Source: Octopus sinensis (Eukaryota). From it: a stretch of DNA of 64,000 bases. The position numbers and the translations under genes are program-made. This document shows positions 40,980 to 52,737 of this stretch, piece by piece. Position 1 is the first letter of the stretch. Each line of letters begins with the position of its first letter. Location: contig NC_042999.1 of the NCBI RefSeq assembly GCF_006345805.1, forward strand, positions 28,582,001-28,646,000, given 5' to 3'. The notes under the pieces are model-generated. The model saw only the letters and a list, made by a program, of their open reading frames with translations. It did no database searches and was not told where the DNA came from.

Positions 40980-41900
40980 TAAGTTTTCCTGTTATTCATC
41001 CTTCCAGGCAAATAGTAGTTTCGAACTAGAGCAATCTTCAGTCATTCACTTCTTGACCGCGAGGGAGTGCAAGATGGTCGATAGTCACGTAAATCTACAG
41101 TTTGTGTACAGAGATGTCATTGAAGAATTCAAATTCGACGTATGGACGAAAAGTTTTAAAGATGGAAAAAGAAGAATTTAAGCCTAACTGCGCAGTAGGA
41201 GACTATCAGCTGCGATCTCTGACACTAATCACCTTTATTGGTGCGGTTAGAAGAATTAAAATCTGTGAGTTTTTTGCAAAACTACGCTGGGTACGACATA
41301 ATGCAACAGTTATGAAAGAATGGGTATCGGAATTCTTGTAAAAAGTGGTTAACTAAGTAGTTAACTCCCCATTTCAAAACCTTAAGAATGTTAGTTTCGT
41401 CTGATAACTAGGAATCGATAGAGACCCTTTTTTTTATCTGATGGGATGTCATATGGAAGAATGTTTATGATTCGAAAAATAATTCTCCATGCAGGGACTG
41501 GTGTCACATGTATTTTCAAGGCCTAAGAATTTCAAAAGCAATTGACCAGCAAAGAATTGCGAGGGTAGCTGTATGGCAGATGACAAGTTCATAATTTATC
41601 TCCTTCGCAGAATGTGGCTACGATGTGGAGAGTGAGGGATACATTGAGTCACTCAAGATGTTCAGAGAAATCATTAGGAGGGAGAGAACGTATATGAAAA
41701 TGAAAACGATTTACGTTCACCATTACAATGCATGGACGAACATTCTGTTACTACAAATCAGGCAAATTGGGCTAGTATGTTTCACCCATCTATCGTACGG
41801 CTCTCCCGACATCCATTTGTCTTTTTTTTTACAGAAGAGATGCAATAGTTGTAATGAAGGGAGCTCACTAGTGCACAACTGAATTGTTTGAGTATTTTGA
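40980..41900 (+). pseudogene. Decayed mariner transposase
   Basis: ELEQSSVIHFLTAREC..W.KSFKDGK (N-terminal HTH region) and IRRER..YVHHYNA..LVCFTHLSYGSPD (HHDNA / HPPYSPD remnants); many stops and frameshifts. Confidence 0.7.
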
Positions 41901-43121
41901 GGGTTGTGTCTAATGACGACGCAAATGCTTTTTCTGGAGATTATGTTGAGTAGTGCCTTTCATAGACGATTTTTTTTCTCTAGCATCGTGTTTAACATGA
42001 ATGCCTTATGTTTGTTAACAAACAACTATATGGCTGTTTTTTGCATTAGTTTCGGGTCTCCCACCACACCTTGTCAATTTGATGACAACATTTCATGTGA
42101 ATATAAGATACAACAGAGTCAAATGAGAATCTGAACAAAAACCTGATATTCTATATTATTTGCATCAGTCATTATACGGGTGTTGCAAACGTAAAGCGCG
42201 ATAACTGCTATTGCCGAGAGGTGAAATGGTGGGTTAAATAAAACTGATGCTAGTCTCACATTGCGTGTTGTAACTGATGTCATTCAACTTACCCTGTTGT
42301 ATATAAAAAGAGTGAGTCAACGCATGATCCCCGTTGTAATCAATTGACATGCTAGAAATAGTTGTCCTATATGTAAATCTCAAAATTATGTTTTAGAAAA
42401 AGCGCATAATGTAGTCCCACAGACACATACTCATGTGGATGCGTCATGGATTTGTCAATTCAAGAATACACTGGATAATAGGCTTATTCGCTCAAAATGG
42501 AATTATGTCCGAATAGGCACATCGGCGTAGAAAACGATTATCTTTACAATATAAACGTAAAGAATGCTAATTGCTCACTCATTTCACGTAACCTGAATGT
42601 TGTCTTCAATCAAAGTCAACAAGTTAAAAATCCCACTTATTCTGTAGTAAAGATTGCATTTCTGATTATGTGTGCATGTTCAATATGAGCACATCTTAAA
42701 TGATGTCTTATACTGCAGAATATAAATGAAGTTTTAACTAAATATATTGTACGGTTCGTGAAGCTAAAACAGAGAGGATCAGATCCTGCCACAAAACCAT
42801 TATTACTGGGGATTTATGTTAACGGTAAAAGGTGACTGATATATAAAATGCATTGAAGCAAAACACAAACATAAATTGTTAATTTCAACGAAACACTGTA
42901 CGGACAATGATTTTAGTATTAGAAATGGATTCTTACAATATTGTGTATACACATCTATGTGCATCCAATAAGCTTCTGTCTATAGTCTTAATTGGTTCAT
43001 TAGCACTACATTTCGTGTACACTGATGATGAAACTTCAAAAGAAGACCGAAACCAATCCAGCATATCCCACTTTTCTTTCCATGTAAACATAGATACATG
43101 CATACATACATACATACATAT

Positions 43122-43152
<31 letters not shown>

Positions 43153-43171
43153 GACACACACACACACACAG

Positions 43172-43217
<46 letters not shown>

Positions 43218-44462
43218 GTATATATATACACACATATATATTAGATATTTATATCTGCCTATAAAATATAATGCAATCAGAAATCCATAGATATACATTT
43301 GTTATAAATTATAGTAATGGAATGAAAGAGTTTTAATCGAGGTAATTTCCTATAATGCATGACAAAAGCAAGTTGTTCGATCTATTTTCCTTAAACCTTC
43401 ATTTATACTGCATTTATAAGCACTATATCTGAAGACCACTAAGGAGAATACTCATCAGCTGTTCTAAACTTAACGTAGTGTAGATTAAGAAAAAAATTCT
43501 ATGATGATTGCAGTGCGTGATGTAGAGAGATTTGTCAGCCTCTCCTAGCAGTTGGAATAAATATCAAGAAACCAGCATGGAAGGTCTTATCGCATATAAA
43601 TAGATATGTAAATTAGTTGAATATGATTTGTGGAGAAAAATATCTTATAGTATGCTATGCAAAGCACGTCGGCGGTTATTGGCCAACTAATGTCAACGTA
43701 TTATGGAAGTACCCTTCATCCAGGATATACACAACTGACGGCATAGTATTCGTAGAATTTATATAAACAGATAAATGATAGGAAATGGAAGGACCGATAT
43801 TCTTTACTTAAATTCTCTACAATTGTTTCGACATATTTTAACACGCATAGTACCTTGGTAGGATGTGTGATAACTATTATCCAGAAAAGATGCAAAATGC
43901 ACCGCCTCAGGTTATTGTTTGAATACGTTCTTCGAAAAATCCTACCGTCATTTCACTCAGTGCGATAGTTCAAATCTAACGTGATTGATAATGGAAATGG
44001 TAAAATTCTCAGTAATCTTACTGCTAGAAACAACAAGAAGATGAGTAGCGAAGGGTGTGTAAACAGCACTAATATTAATCGACGAAACAATAAAGGTAAA
44101 ATTAGAAGTAAAAAGGAAGACTGGTTGCTACCGAATAAAAAATAACGTGGTATAGAAATGTAATTTCAAGGACAGGAACGCATACCATCATGACAACGTA
44201 ATATGCAAATGTACAATTATAAGGCTAACAGATGCATTTGTATATACGTTGGTACAACCGGTAATTGCATCAAACATTTATATCGGAACCAACTTATATG
44301 ATATCAAAATATTAACAAGACACACTACACATCACTCACTGACCTGACATGTGTATTTAAGGAACTAAAAGTACATTACTACCTCAAGTTTGAGCAATAA
44401 ATTATGACTGTCCGTAAAATACATTTTAAAGACATTTCAATCTGTGTTTCTAGTTATCATAA

Positions 44463-44747
44463 GGGCACACGAGGCACCTACCTGCTAGAAAGTGGGGTTA
44501 AATCTCCAGGTAAATCACTAATAACATTGAAAATGCAACAGAAACAACAACAGTCGAGCGAACAAGTAAAGCATCTAGACATACAATCATAGGTAAATGC
44601 TATATAATCTGGCATTTGGAATACATTAGTATGAGGTTTTAGAGTTCTGGCGAAAAAGCCTTGACTCATCTCAGCAAGTTTTACCAACTGAAAATAATTC
44701 AATTCCTTTTAACTCGACTTTCTAGTAGGCAGGCGGCTTGTGTGCCC
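44463..44747. mobile_element. MITE with 31-bp terminal inverted repeats (PIF/Harbinger-like)
   Basis: gggcacacgaggcacctacctgctagaaagt (44463-44493) versus the reverse complement of 44717-44747: 26/31 matches. Flanks are taa and tta. Confidence 0.75.
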
Positions 44748-45028
44748 TTAAGATAAATAGAACTTTTTATTCTATAGCTATCTAAAGCTATTTAACGCCT
44801 GCAACCACCTATATTATTGTTGGTGTTATTGTCAATTATTTATATTTACCGAAAAACAATAATAGCGATAGTAATATCTATATAAACGTTTGCATTTGAA
44901 TATTTACTCCTTAAATATATATATATATGCTTTTGGGGCGGAATTTGAGACATAACTAAAAATGTAATTGGTTGGACCGCTCGTGTTTTTGACGCTCGAA
45001 TCGATCTAATTAATTGCATTTCTGACAA

Positions 45029-45104
45029 ACTCTACCGAAGATTTATGGATGCAAGTGTAAGTAAAACTACATATTGCATTAGTAATGAAACAATTGTATA
45101 GAGT
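45029..45104 (+). ncRNA. Type I hammerhead ribozyme, U4C core variant with long stem II
   Basis: actcta-CCGAAGA-[45-nt stem-loop II with atgcaa/ttgcat and tgta/taca pairing]-GAAA-caattg-TA-tagagt. Stem I is actcta/tagagt; stem III is the palindrome ACAATTGT. Confidence 0.7.
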
Positions 45105-45520
45105 CAATCTATTTTATTCGTTGTATTTCACTTTCCTTCAGTTAAATGTGTGTTGATTCTAGTTGGAAACGGATCTTCTGTGGTTGCTTCGGAGCTATTT
45201 TTAGCACTAGAGTTATCCACATAGTGAATAACTCTCTAATAACTTACGTATAAATTTGTATTTTCTCCGTAGTTTTTTGTGCTAAGCCACTTGGTGTTAA
45301 ATTGATGGTATTATTAAATTAATATCGATTTTTCACCCTCATTTATAATTTATAAATTTAACCATGCGGCAGTTAATATTTTATTTGATGCGGCATACGT
45401 TTCCAATGGAGTCTAGGCATGCTTTTGGCGCGGAATTTGAGACAAAACTAAAAATGTAATTGGTTGGACCGCTCGTGTTTTTGACGCTCGAATCGATCTA
45501 ATTAATTGCATTTCTGACAA

Positions 45521-45596
45521 ACTCTACCGAAGATTTATGGATGCAAGTGTAAGTAAACTTACATATTGCATTAGTAATGAAACAATTGTATAGAGT
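45521..45596 (+). ncRNA. Type I hammerhead ribozyme, second copy in the 492-bp repeat
   Basis: Same motif 492 bp downstream; the stem II apex here is tgtaag-taaa-cttaca. Confidence 0.7.
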
Positions 45597-45727
45597 CAAT
45601 CTATTTTATTCGTTGTATTTCACTTTCCTTCAGTTAAATGTGTGTTGATTCTAGTTGGAAACGGATCTTCTGTGGTTGCTTCGGAGCTATTTTTAGCACT
45701 AGAGTTATCCACATAGTGGATAACTCT

Positions 45728-45729
<2 letters not shown>

Positions 45730-45780
<51 letters not shown>

Positions 45781-45787
45781 TATATAC

Positions 45788-45879
<92 letters not shown>

Positions 45880-45890
45880 CATATAAATAT
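45730..45890. repeat. (TA)n tract shared by the two tandem HHR elements
   Basis: Visible directly in the sequence. Confidence 0.95.
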
Positions 45891-46158
45891 ATAGCAATTA
45901 AGGACAACTACTTAATAAGGAAAACTTAACAAGAAATTGTCAGGTAGATAGCGTAAAAACCTCATAAGAGAAAAAATTCCGAAAATAATTATTTCTTATT
46001 GAACATATTAATTTATATATAGAGGGCATTATACATACATGCCAGACGGCATTATACATACATGCCAAACGCTAAGAGGGACAATCAGTCATTTCTACCA
46101 AAAATATTACTAATCCCACCGAATGCAATTTTTTCAAAGTAAGACATTTAAAAATATA

Positions 46159-46204
46159 GACCTGTATCACAGTGATTTCATACTTACGTAATCATCAGCA
46201 GGCC
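46159..46204 (-). ncRNA. Type I hammerhead ribozyme (480-bp unit, inverted copy)
   Basis: Exact reverse complement of 46603-46648. Confidence 0.85.
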
Positions 46205-46602
46205 TGAATGTATTATAAATAAACAACGACCCTGCCTCGCTTAAGCCGATCAGCTAACTGATCAACATCAACGAAGCACATGGGTGAGTTTACATATATT
46301 ACATCCGGGTAAATGACAAACTTTTACGAATTGTATTTCGGGAGAGGAAAAGTTTTTTCGGAATAAAAATTTAGCAATTAAGGACAACTACTTAATAAGG
46401 AAAACTTAACAAGAAATTGTCAGGCAGGGTCTGACAATTTTTATTCCGAAAAAACTTTTCCTCTCCCGAAATACAATTCGTAAAAGTTTGTCATTTACCC
46501 GGATGTAATATATGTAAACTCACCCATGTGCTTCGTTGATGTTGATCAGTTAGCTGATCGGCTTAAGCGAGGCAGGGTCGTTGTTTATTTATAATACATT
46601 CA

Positions 46603-46648
46603 GGCCTGCTGATGATTACGTAAGTATGAAATCACTGTGATACAGGTC
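46603..46648 (+). ncRNA. Type I hammerhead ribozyme with canonical CUGAUGA/GAAA core
   Basis: ggcctg-CTGATGA-t-tac-gtaa-gta-t-GAAA-tca-ctg-tga-TA-caggtc. Stem I is ggcctg/caggtc (6 bp, one G.U), stem II has a GUAA tetraloop, and stem III is atca/tgat. Confidence 0.88.
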
Positions 46649-47082
46649 TATATTTTTTAATGTCTTACTTTGAAAAATTGCATTCGGTGGGATTAGTAAT
46701 ATTTTTGGTAGAAATGACTGATTGTCCCTCTTGGCGTTTGGCATGTATGTATAATGCCGTCTGGCATGTATGTATAATGCCCTCTATATATAAATTAATA
46801 TGTTCAATAAGAAATAATTATTTTCGGAATTTTTTCTCTTATGAGGTTTTTACGCTATCTACCTGACAATTTCTTGTTAAGTTTTCCTTATTAAGTAGTT
46901 GTCCTTAATTGCTAAATTTTTATTCCGAAAAAACTTTTTCCTCTCCCGAAATACAATTCGTAAAAGTTTGCCATTTACCCGGATGTAATATATGTAAACT
47001 CACCCATGTGCTTCGTTGATGTTGATCAGTTAGCTGATCGGCTTAAGCGAGGCAGGGTCGTTGTTTATTTATAATACATTCA

Positions 47083-47128
47083 GGCCTGCTGATGATTACG
47101 TAAGTATGAAATCACTGTGATACAGGTC
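47083..47128 (+). ncRNA. Type I hammerhead ribozyme (480-bp unit, next tandem copy)
   Basis: Identical to 46603-46648, exactly 480 bp downstream. Confidence 0.88.
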
Positions 47129-47288
47129 TATATTTTTTAATGTCTTACTTTGAAAAATTGCATTCGGTGGGATTAGTAATATTTTTGGTAGAAATGACTG
47201 ATTGTCCCTCTTAGCGTTTGGCATGTATGTATAATGCCGTCTGGCATGTATGTATAATGCCCTCTATATATAAATTCATATTATATAT

Positions 47289-47331
<43 letters not shown>

Positions 47332-47653
47332 GGAAGCTTTATGAAAATAAACAAAAGACGAAGGCAGGTGGAATACAAACAAACAATTGTATTAGTATGG
47401 CGCTGAGGAATATAAATAAAACAAGTCTTTTACGTTTCGAGCCTACGCTCTTCAAGAGAACGATACACAGAAAAGAAACACGGAGAGAAACAACGAGAGA
47501 AAAAAAATGCCTGCAGAGGCTAACGAATCAACATACATATATATATATATGTGTATATGTCTGTGTGTGTGTGTATACACATATATATATACATACATGC
47601 ATACATACATATATAATACACAGACACATACGCACACACACACACACACACAT

Positions 47654-47686
<33 letters not shown>

Positions 47687-48436
47687 CATACATTGTATCG
47701 CTAATTGAAGCTGATGTGTCTAATTTGTTTATCCGCATAAGTGCCCCTTTCTTAGATTCCGTCGAAGAAACAAAGAAGCACTTGATAAGCACATACACGA
47801 ACGCACACATACACACAGTCGCACAGACATGCACGCACAAACATATATACACGCACAAACATATATACACACAAACATTCATTTACGAAATATATACAGG
47901 AAACAATCCTTACAGATGCATGTAAAAATATATAGAAAGTACACACACACATATATATATATATATATAAATATATGTATGTATGTATGTACGTACGTAT
48001 ATATTCATATATATGTGCGTGTGCGTATGTGTGCGTATGTGTGTGTGTGTATATATAGTGCATCAATGATATGAGAAATGTTAGAAAATATGTATTTGAA
48101 TTTGCAATGCTGTTTCTTTGATAAAGCAACATTAATCCATTGGAATTTAGCTTCGAATTAGCGTGCATCAATTTTGTAGAGGAAATGGTAAATTGTAGTA
48201 CGTTTGAAGAAGATGATTGGTGATTGCTGTAGTTCGCGTTACATTAAAAAAAAAAATCCTTGTTGCTTCAAGGATCCCTTGAGAACATTAAGCTTTCCGT
48301 TATCGATTTATTTTCTGCTTTATCCATCGATTTTAGATTTCAGATGTCATTACTTACCTGCTACACAAACACAACTACACACAGACACACAGAAACACAC
48401 ACAGGCATCCATCTTTAAGTGTATATATATACGTAT

Positions 48437-48472
<36 letters not shown>

Positions 48473-49584
48473 GCATAAATGTATATGTATGTTTATTTTA
48501 TATATATATATATATATACATGTGTGTGCGTGTGTGTTTATATATGATTATTTATGTATATATGTATGTGTGTACTTATATATGTGTATATATAAGTGTA
48601 TTAGTGTGCGCATATGTGATAGAGAATATGGTAGACCTATATATGTATACGCTTGAAATATTGAATTGTGTAGTTTTCAAGTGTGAAACTTTTCGATGTT
48701 TCGCATTCTGAATTTAATTGGTCTATTCAAACTTCATACACGAATCTTGCCATTATTCATGACATACAATGTGACTTTAAAAAGATCAGCATGAGCAAAA
48801 ATGACGGTTTATACTTAAAATAATTATAATGAATATGCTTTAGACATGAAGTCTTAAAGATTTAAAATTATACAGTATAAGCCTATGTAGATACCAGAGC
48901 TACTTATATATATATATATATGCATGCATATTGTTTCACTGAACCTGAAAAAGTTCCTAATCTCTTTCTAGAAGTTTCACGTAACCGACAATCAGACAGA
49001 AGTGAACATCAGGAACAATAGAATCGATTATATATATTTATAAATGGTTCAGCGATAATTATTCCGCATATACTCAAACATGCATGTAATGCTGATTGGA
49101 TAGGGGTTAGGACATCTCCAAACTAACGGAATCATGGATAATACTTCGAATGTTGATGAAACCACGATATAAACATTGATAACTTGTAATATACAGTAGA
49201 ATAAAGCTGAATTAAACTAATGCATTCATGCAATGATTTTAATATTTGCTGCCTGAGAAATCTCTCAAACACACTTCGTCTTAGTGTTTGTGATCTATAA
49301 ACGAAAACACGTCGTAAAAGAAGACGATTGTTTTTCAAAGATAAATGTTTGTTAAAGCAAAAAAAAAAAAAAATGAGTATAGAGAGATTTTGTGAGAGAT
49401 ATTTTGTGTTTAAATACATATTTTCTAACATTTCTCATATCATTGATGTACTATATTTTGTGTTTAAATTTCTCACAACCCCTGAAAACATCAAAGTTGC
49501 AGGAAACTTTGAATACATAACGCTTAGAACTTTGAAAGGTCTGCACATAAACGTCTGCCAATGCTTCTGTTCACTGCTTGATAT

Positions 49585-50193
49585 TGTTTCAGAAAATAAT
49601 AATGGCAGACACTCAGCTTACTCAAGAAATGAAGAAGCATGTTGTTATGAAGGGTGGGTATAGCGATTTTGAAATATCACAAGTTTTAGAAGTTGCCACA
49701 TTTTTCGAGCATAAAGTTTAAGAAAAAACAAATCAAATTTCCTTCTACTGGATTTTCAGTTTCTTTAAGAACCTTTGAGACCAGATGTAGTGATTTTATT
49801 TTGCTTTTGATAAAAACTTGACCTTTCCTAATCATTTAAGACTTATATTTGATGTCTTCGTGGACAGTATTTCTGACTGTTCCTTCTGACACATGGAGAT
49901 TTATTTACCTCATGGACTTTCTGTAATTGTAATCAATGATCTCTTAAACTTGCTGGATAAATTCAAGAGTTCTAATGATTTCAGAGCGTTTAGAATGCAT
50001 TTTATGCTTTGATACTGGTGATATCTGTCTATCTTCAGTGTCTAACTCCTCGCATTGCGAACTTTGTTCTCGAAAAATGTGGCGACTTCTAAAACTTGTG
50101 ATATTTCAAATTCGCTGTGCCCACCCTTCATAACAACATGCTTCTTCATTTCTTGAGTAAGCTGAGGGTCTGCCATTATTTTTTTCTGAAACA
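49585..50193. repeat. ~130-bp inverted repeat (49585-49718 / 50064-50193), Tc1-like transposase 5' sequence
   Basis: ttgtttcagaaaa..atggcagacactcagcttactcaagaaatgaagaagcatg..tttttcgag occurs in both orientations. It translates MADTQLTQEMKKHVV..SDFEISQVLEVATF, resembling a Tc1/mariner HTH start (tentative). Confidence 0.7.
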
Positions 50194-50266
50194 AAGATTA
50201 TACAGTATTAGCAAAAGATGCAGCAATGACCCCAAAATGTATGTCCTCAAAACCTTACCTTATCAT

Positions 50267-50311
<45 letters not shown>

Positions 50312-50404
50312 GGGTGTGTATATGTGTATATATATGTATATGATTATATATGTATATATACGTATATATATGTATTTATTTATTATATATATATATATTA
50401 TATA

Positions 50405-52737
50405 TGAAAAACAAGTAAAAATAGAAAATGCTAAAATAATTTTATAGTGAACATTTCAGTACCGGTTTCGGTCATTTTGAGACCTTTTCAACTGTAACGA
50501 TTAAATAATTAAATTTAGAAAAATTAGAAGAAAAGTTTTTTTAAAAGAATATTTCTATAGTAGTGTTCAGATTTAAGTGGCATTCTGCCTTTCTCTGACT
50601 CCCTGTTTGCACTTGTGTGTTCGAGGTAGTTGTGAGCTCTTGGTAGGGTAGTAGAGAGAAGGCTGGTGAGAGAAAGGGGGGTGAGAGAATCTGGGAGTGC
50701 CCTGATGGTCGTATTTTGAATGGTCAGTGGCGGCTGGCAGTCTCAGTTCAATTCAGGAGAATATTTATATTGACAGGCTTCTTTATAGAATTAGCGTAGG
50801 TGTTATACTAAAAAACATTAGTGACAAACTTAAGGGGTAGGGGGTGGAGAAGAAGAAGAAGAAGAAGAAGAGAAGAAGAAGAAGAAGAAGGAGAAGGAGA
50901 AGGAGAAGATGACTGACGATGATGGTGATGGTGGTGATGATTATGACGACGATGATGATGATAACGATGATGATGAAGAAGAAGAAGAAGAAGGAGGAGA
51001 AGGAGAAGATGGTGGTGATGATGGGCGATGATGATGATGCCGATGATGATGATAACGATGATGATGAAGAAGAAGAGGAAGAAGAAGAAGAAGAAAAAAC
51101 AGAGAAGGGAGAATATGAATGTAAATATAGCTATGAAGGGGCTGATTAGTAATGGATTCTATTGAGTGTAGTATTGTGTGTGTATATATATTTTTTCTTT
51201 TATTCTAAAGTTGAGGTATATTAATTGTTTGTCGTAGACCCGTTAAGAAGTGGCTTGTATTTTGTAATAAAGAGATTTTCTTTACTTATTCGTTGTCTCG
51301 AGGTTGTATCGTCCCTAAATTGGTAGAGGGGGAAAATTCTGAAGTTTGGTGTTTTTTTGTTGGCGCAAGTATCTATGTGTTGGCTAAAAGCTATTTTTCT
51401 GTTTTGGGGAATTTTTATCTGGGATCTGTGCAGGGCCATTCGTTTACGCAAACCATTTTTTGTTTGGCCTATGTACTGCTCTTGACATCCGGAGCAGGTT
51501 AGTGAGTATATTAGGTTCTCCGAAGCACATGTGAAGTTGCTTTTCACTGTAAAACGCGTTGTCCCTGTTTGAAGGAGAACTCAGAACCCTCGATTAGATA
51601 GTCGCATATCCCGCAATTGGGTCTTCCACATTTTTTTACTGTCGGCTTCTGTGTTGAAGAGTGAATTCGGGCTTGTGTAAGGAGACTTTTCATGGATCTA
51701 GGCTGTCTTTTGCTTTTTATGATCGTGTGTGTTTGGAGGATTGTGTTCATTCTGTGGTCTTTTTTTAGGAGGGGTATGTTGTGGAGGATGGAGGATGTGT
51801 CGAAGGCTTCGTTATTGAGAGGGTTGTGTGTGGGATGTATGGTAAGGCTTTTGGTTGTAAGTTTTTCTTTGATTTGGGATGTCTCAGTTCCTTGATGTTA
51901 AGTTGAAGGGCACGTTGAATGCATTTGTCAATAAGTGAAGGTGGATAGTTCCTGGTGATTAGGGTATCTTTTAGTTCTTGTAGTCGTGTGTCTCTGGTGT
52001 TTGCGTTAGAGACTATAGTGCATATCCTTTTTGCTAGATTGAAGGGGATATTCATCCTGGTGTGTCTGGGGTGGCATGAATTGAATGGAAGATATTGCTT
52101 AGAGTCTGTAGGCTTATAGTATATGTCTGTTTCTATTATATTATTAGCTTTCTTAATGAGGATATCGAGGAAGGGGAGTTGTTGTTGGCTATATTCCATC
52201 GTGAATTGGATGTTTACGTCCAGTCCGTTTAAAATTTTCTGGAATTCTATGAGTTTTTCTATATTTTTATGCCAAAGGATGAAACAGTCATCTAGATATC
52301 TCTTCCAGTTGTTTTCTATGTAGATGGAGAAAGGGCTGCCATATCTTTCTAGAACCTTACGATACAGACTGATCTCTAGGTATCCTATGACTAGGTTGGC
52401 AAAGGAGGGGGCCATTCGTGTACCCATCGCAGTCCCCGATTTTTGTCGGTAGAAGTTGTCATTGAAGGCGAAGAAGTTATTTTCCAGGATGAATTTAACC
52501 CCTTCTATCACAAATTCTTTTTTGATGCGGTGTGGTAGTTCGTTGGCGTGATTCTCTAGCCAGAATTGGATTGCCTCTAGTCCTAGGTTGTGGGGGATAT
52601 TGGAGTAGAGGTTGACTACATCGAAGGATACCAGTATGGTGTTTTTGTTTATAGTATTCGGTAGGTGATTGAGCATATCTAAGTCGTCCCTTATATAGCT
52701 TTTGACATGTTTGAGGAGTGGTTTTAACAGGGTGTCT
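50405..52737 (-). mobile_element. Inverted, 5'-truncated copy of the PLE (RT, GIY-YIG and 3' pLTR)
   Basis: Reverse complement of ~56126-58441. The ORF track shows the same LVSFDVVNLY, GTAMGT, RYLDD and NLIYSLTCSGCQEQYIGQT motifs. Confidence 0.95.
50452..50499 (-). ncRNA. Type I hammerhead ribozyme (pLTR type)
   Basis: catttcagtaccggtttcggtcattttgagaccttttcaactgtaacg; identical to the other pLTR copies. Confidence 0.8.

Larger units (their letters stand above)
44927..45729 (+). mobile_element. Tandem non-coding element, 492-bp period (~1.6 units), one HHR per unit: candidate retrozyme 1
   Basis: tgcttttgg.gcggaatttgagaca.aactaaaaatg starts at 44928 and 45420; the repeat runs to 45729. (TA)n on both sides. 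Confidence 0.8.
45892..47277. mobile_element. Tandem plus inverted non-coding element, 480-bp period, one HHR per unit: candidate retrozyme 2
   Basis: Minus-strand array 45892-46424 (~1.1 units) is joined to plus-strand array 46431-47277 (~1.75 units); lines starting at 46561 and 47041 are identical. (TA)n on both outer sides. Confidence 0.88.

Noticed and set aside
43015-43065. ctgatga..cttc-aaaa-gaag-acc-gaaac-caatc hammerhead-like string
   Set aside because: Stem II does not close at its base, stem III is not paired or palindromic, and there is no stem I. At best it is an unrecognisably decayed motif.
45706-45714. TTATCCACA, the bacterial DnaA-box consensus
   Set aside because: The context is eukaryotic repeat DNA, and the string is one arm of a 12-bp hairpin; it is coincidental.
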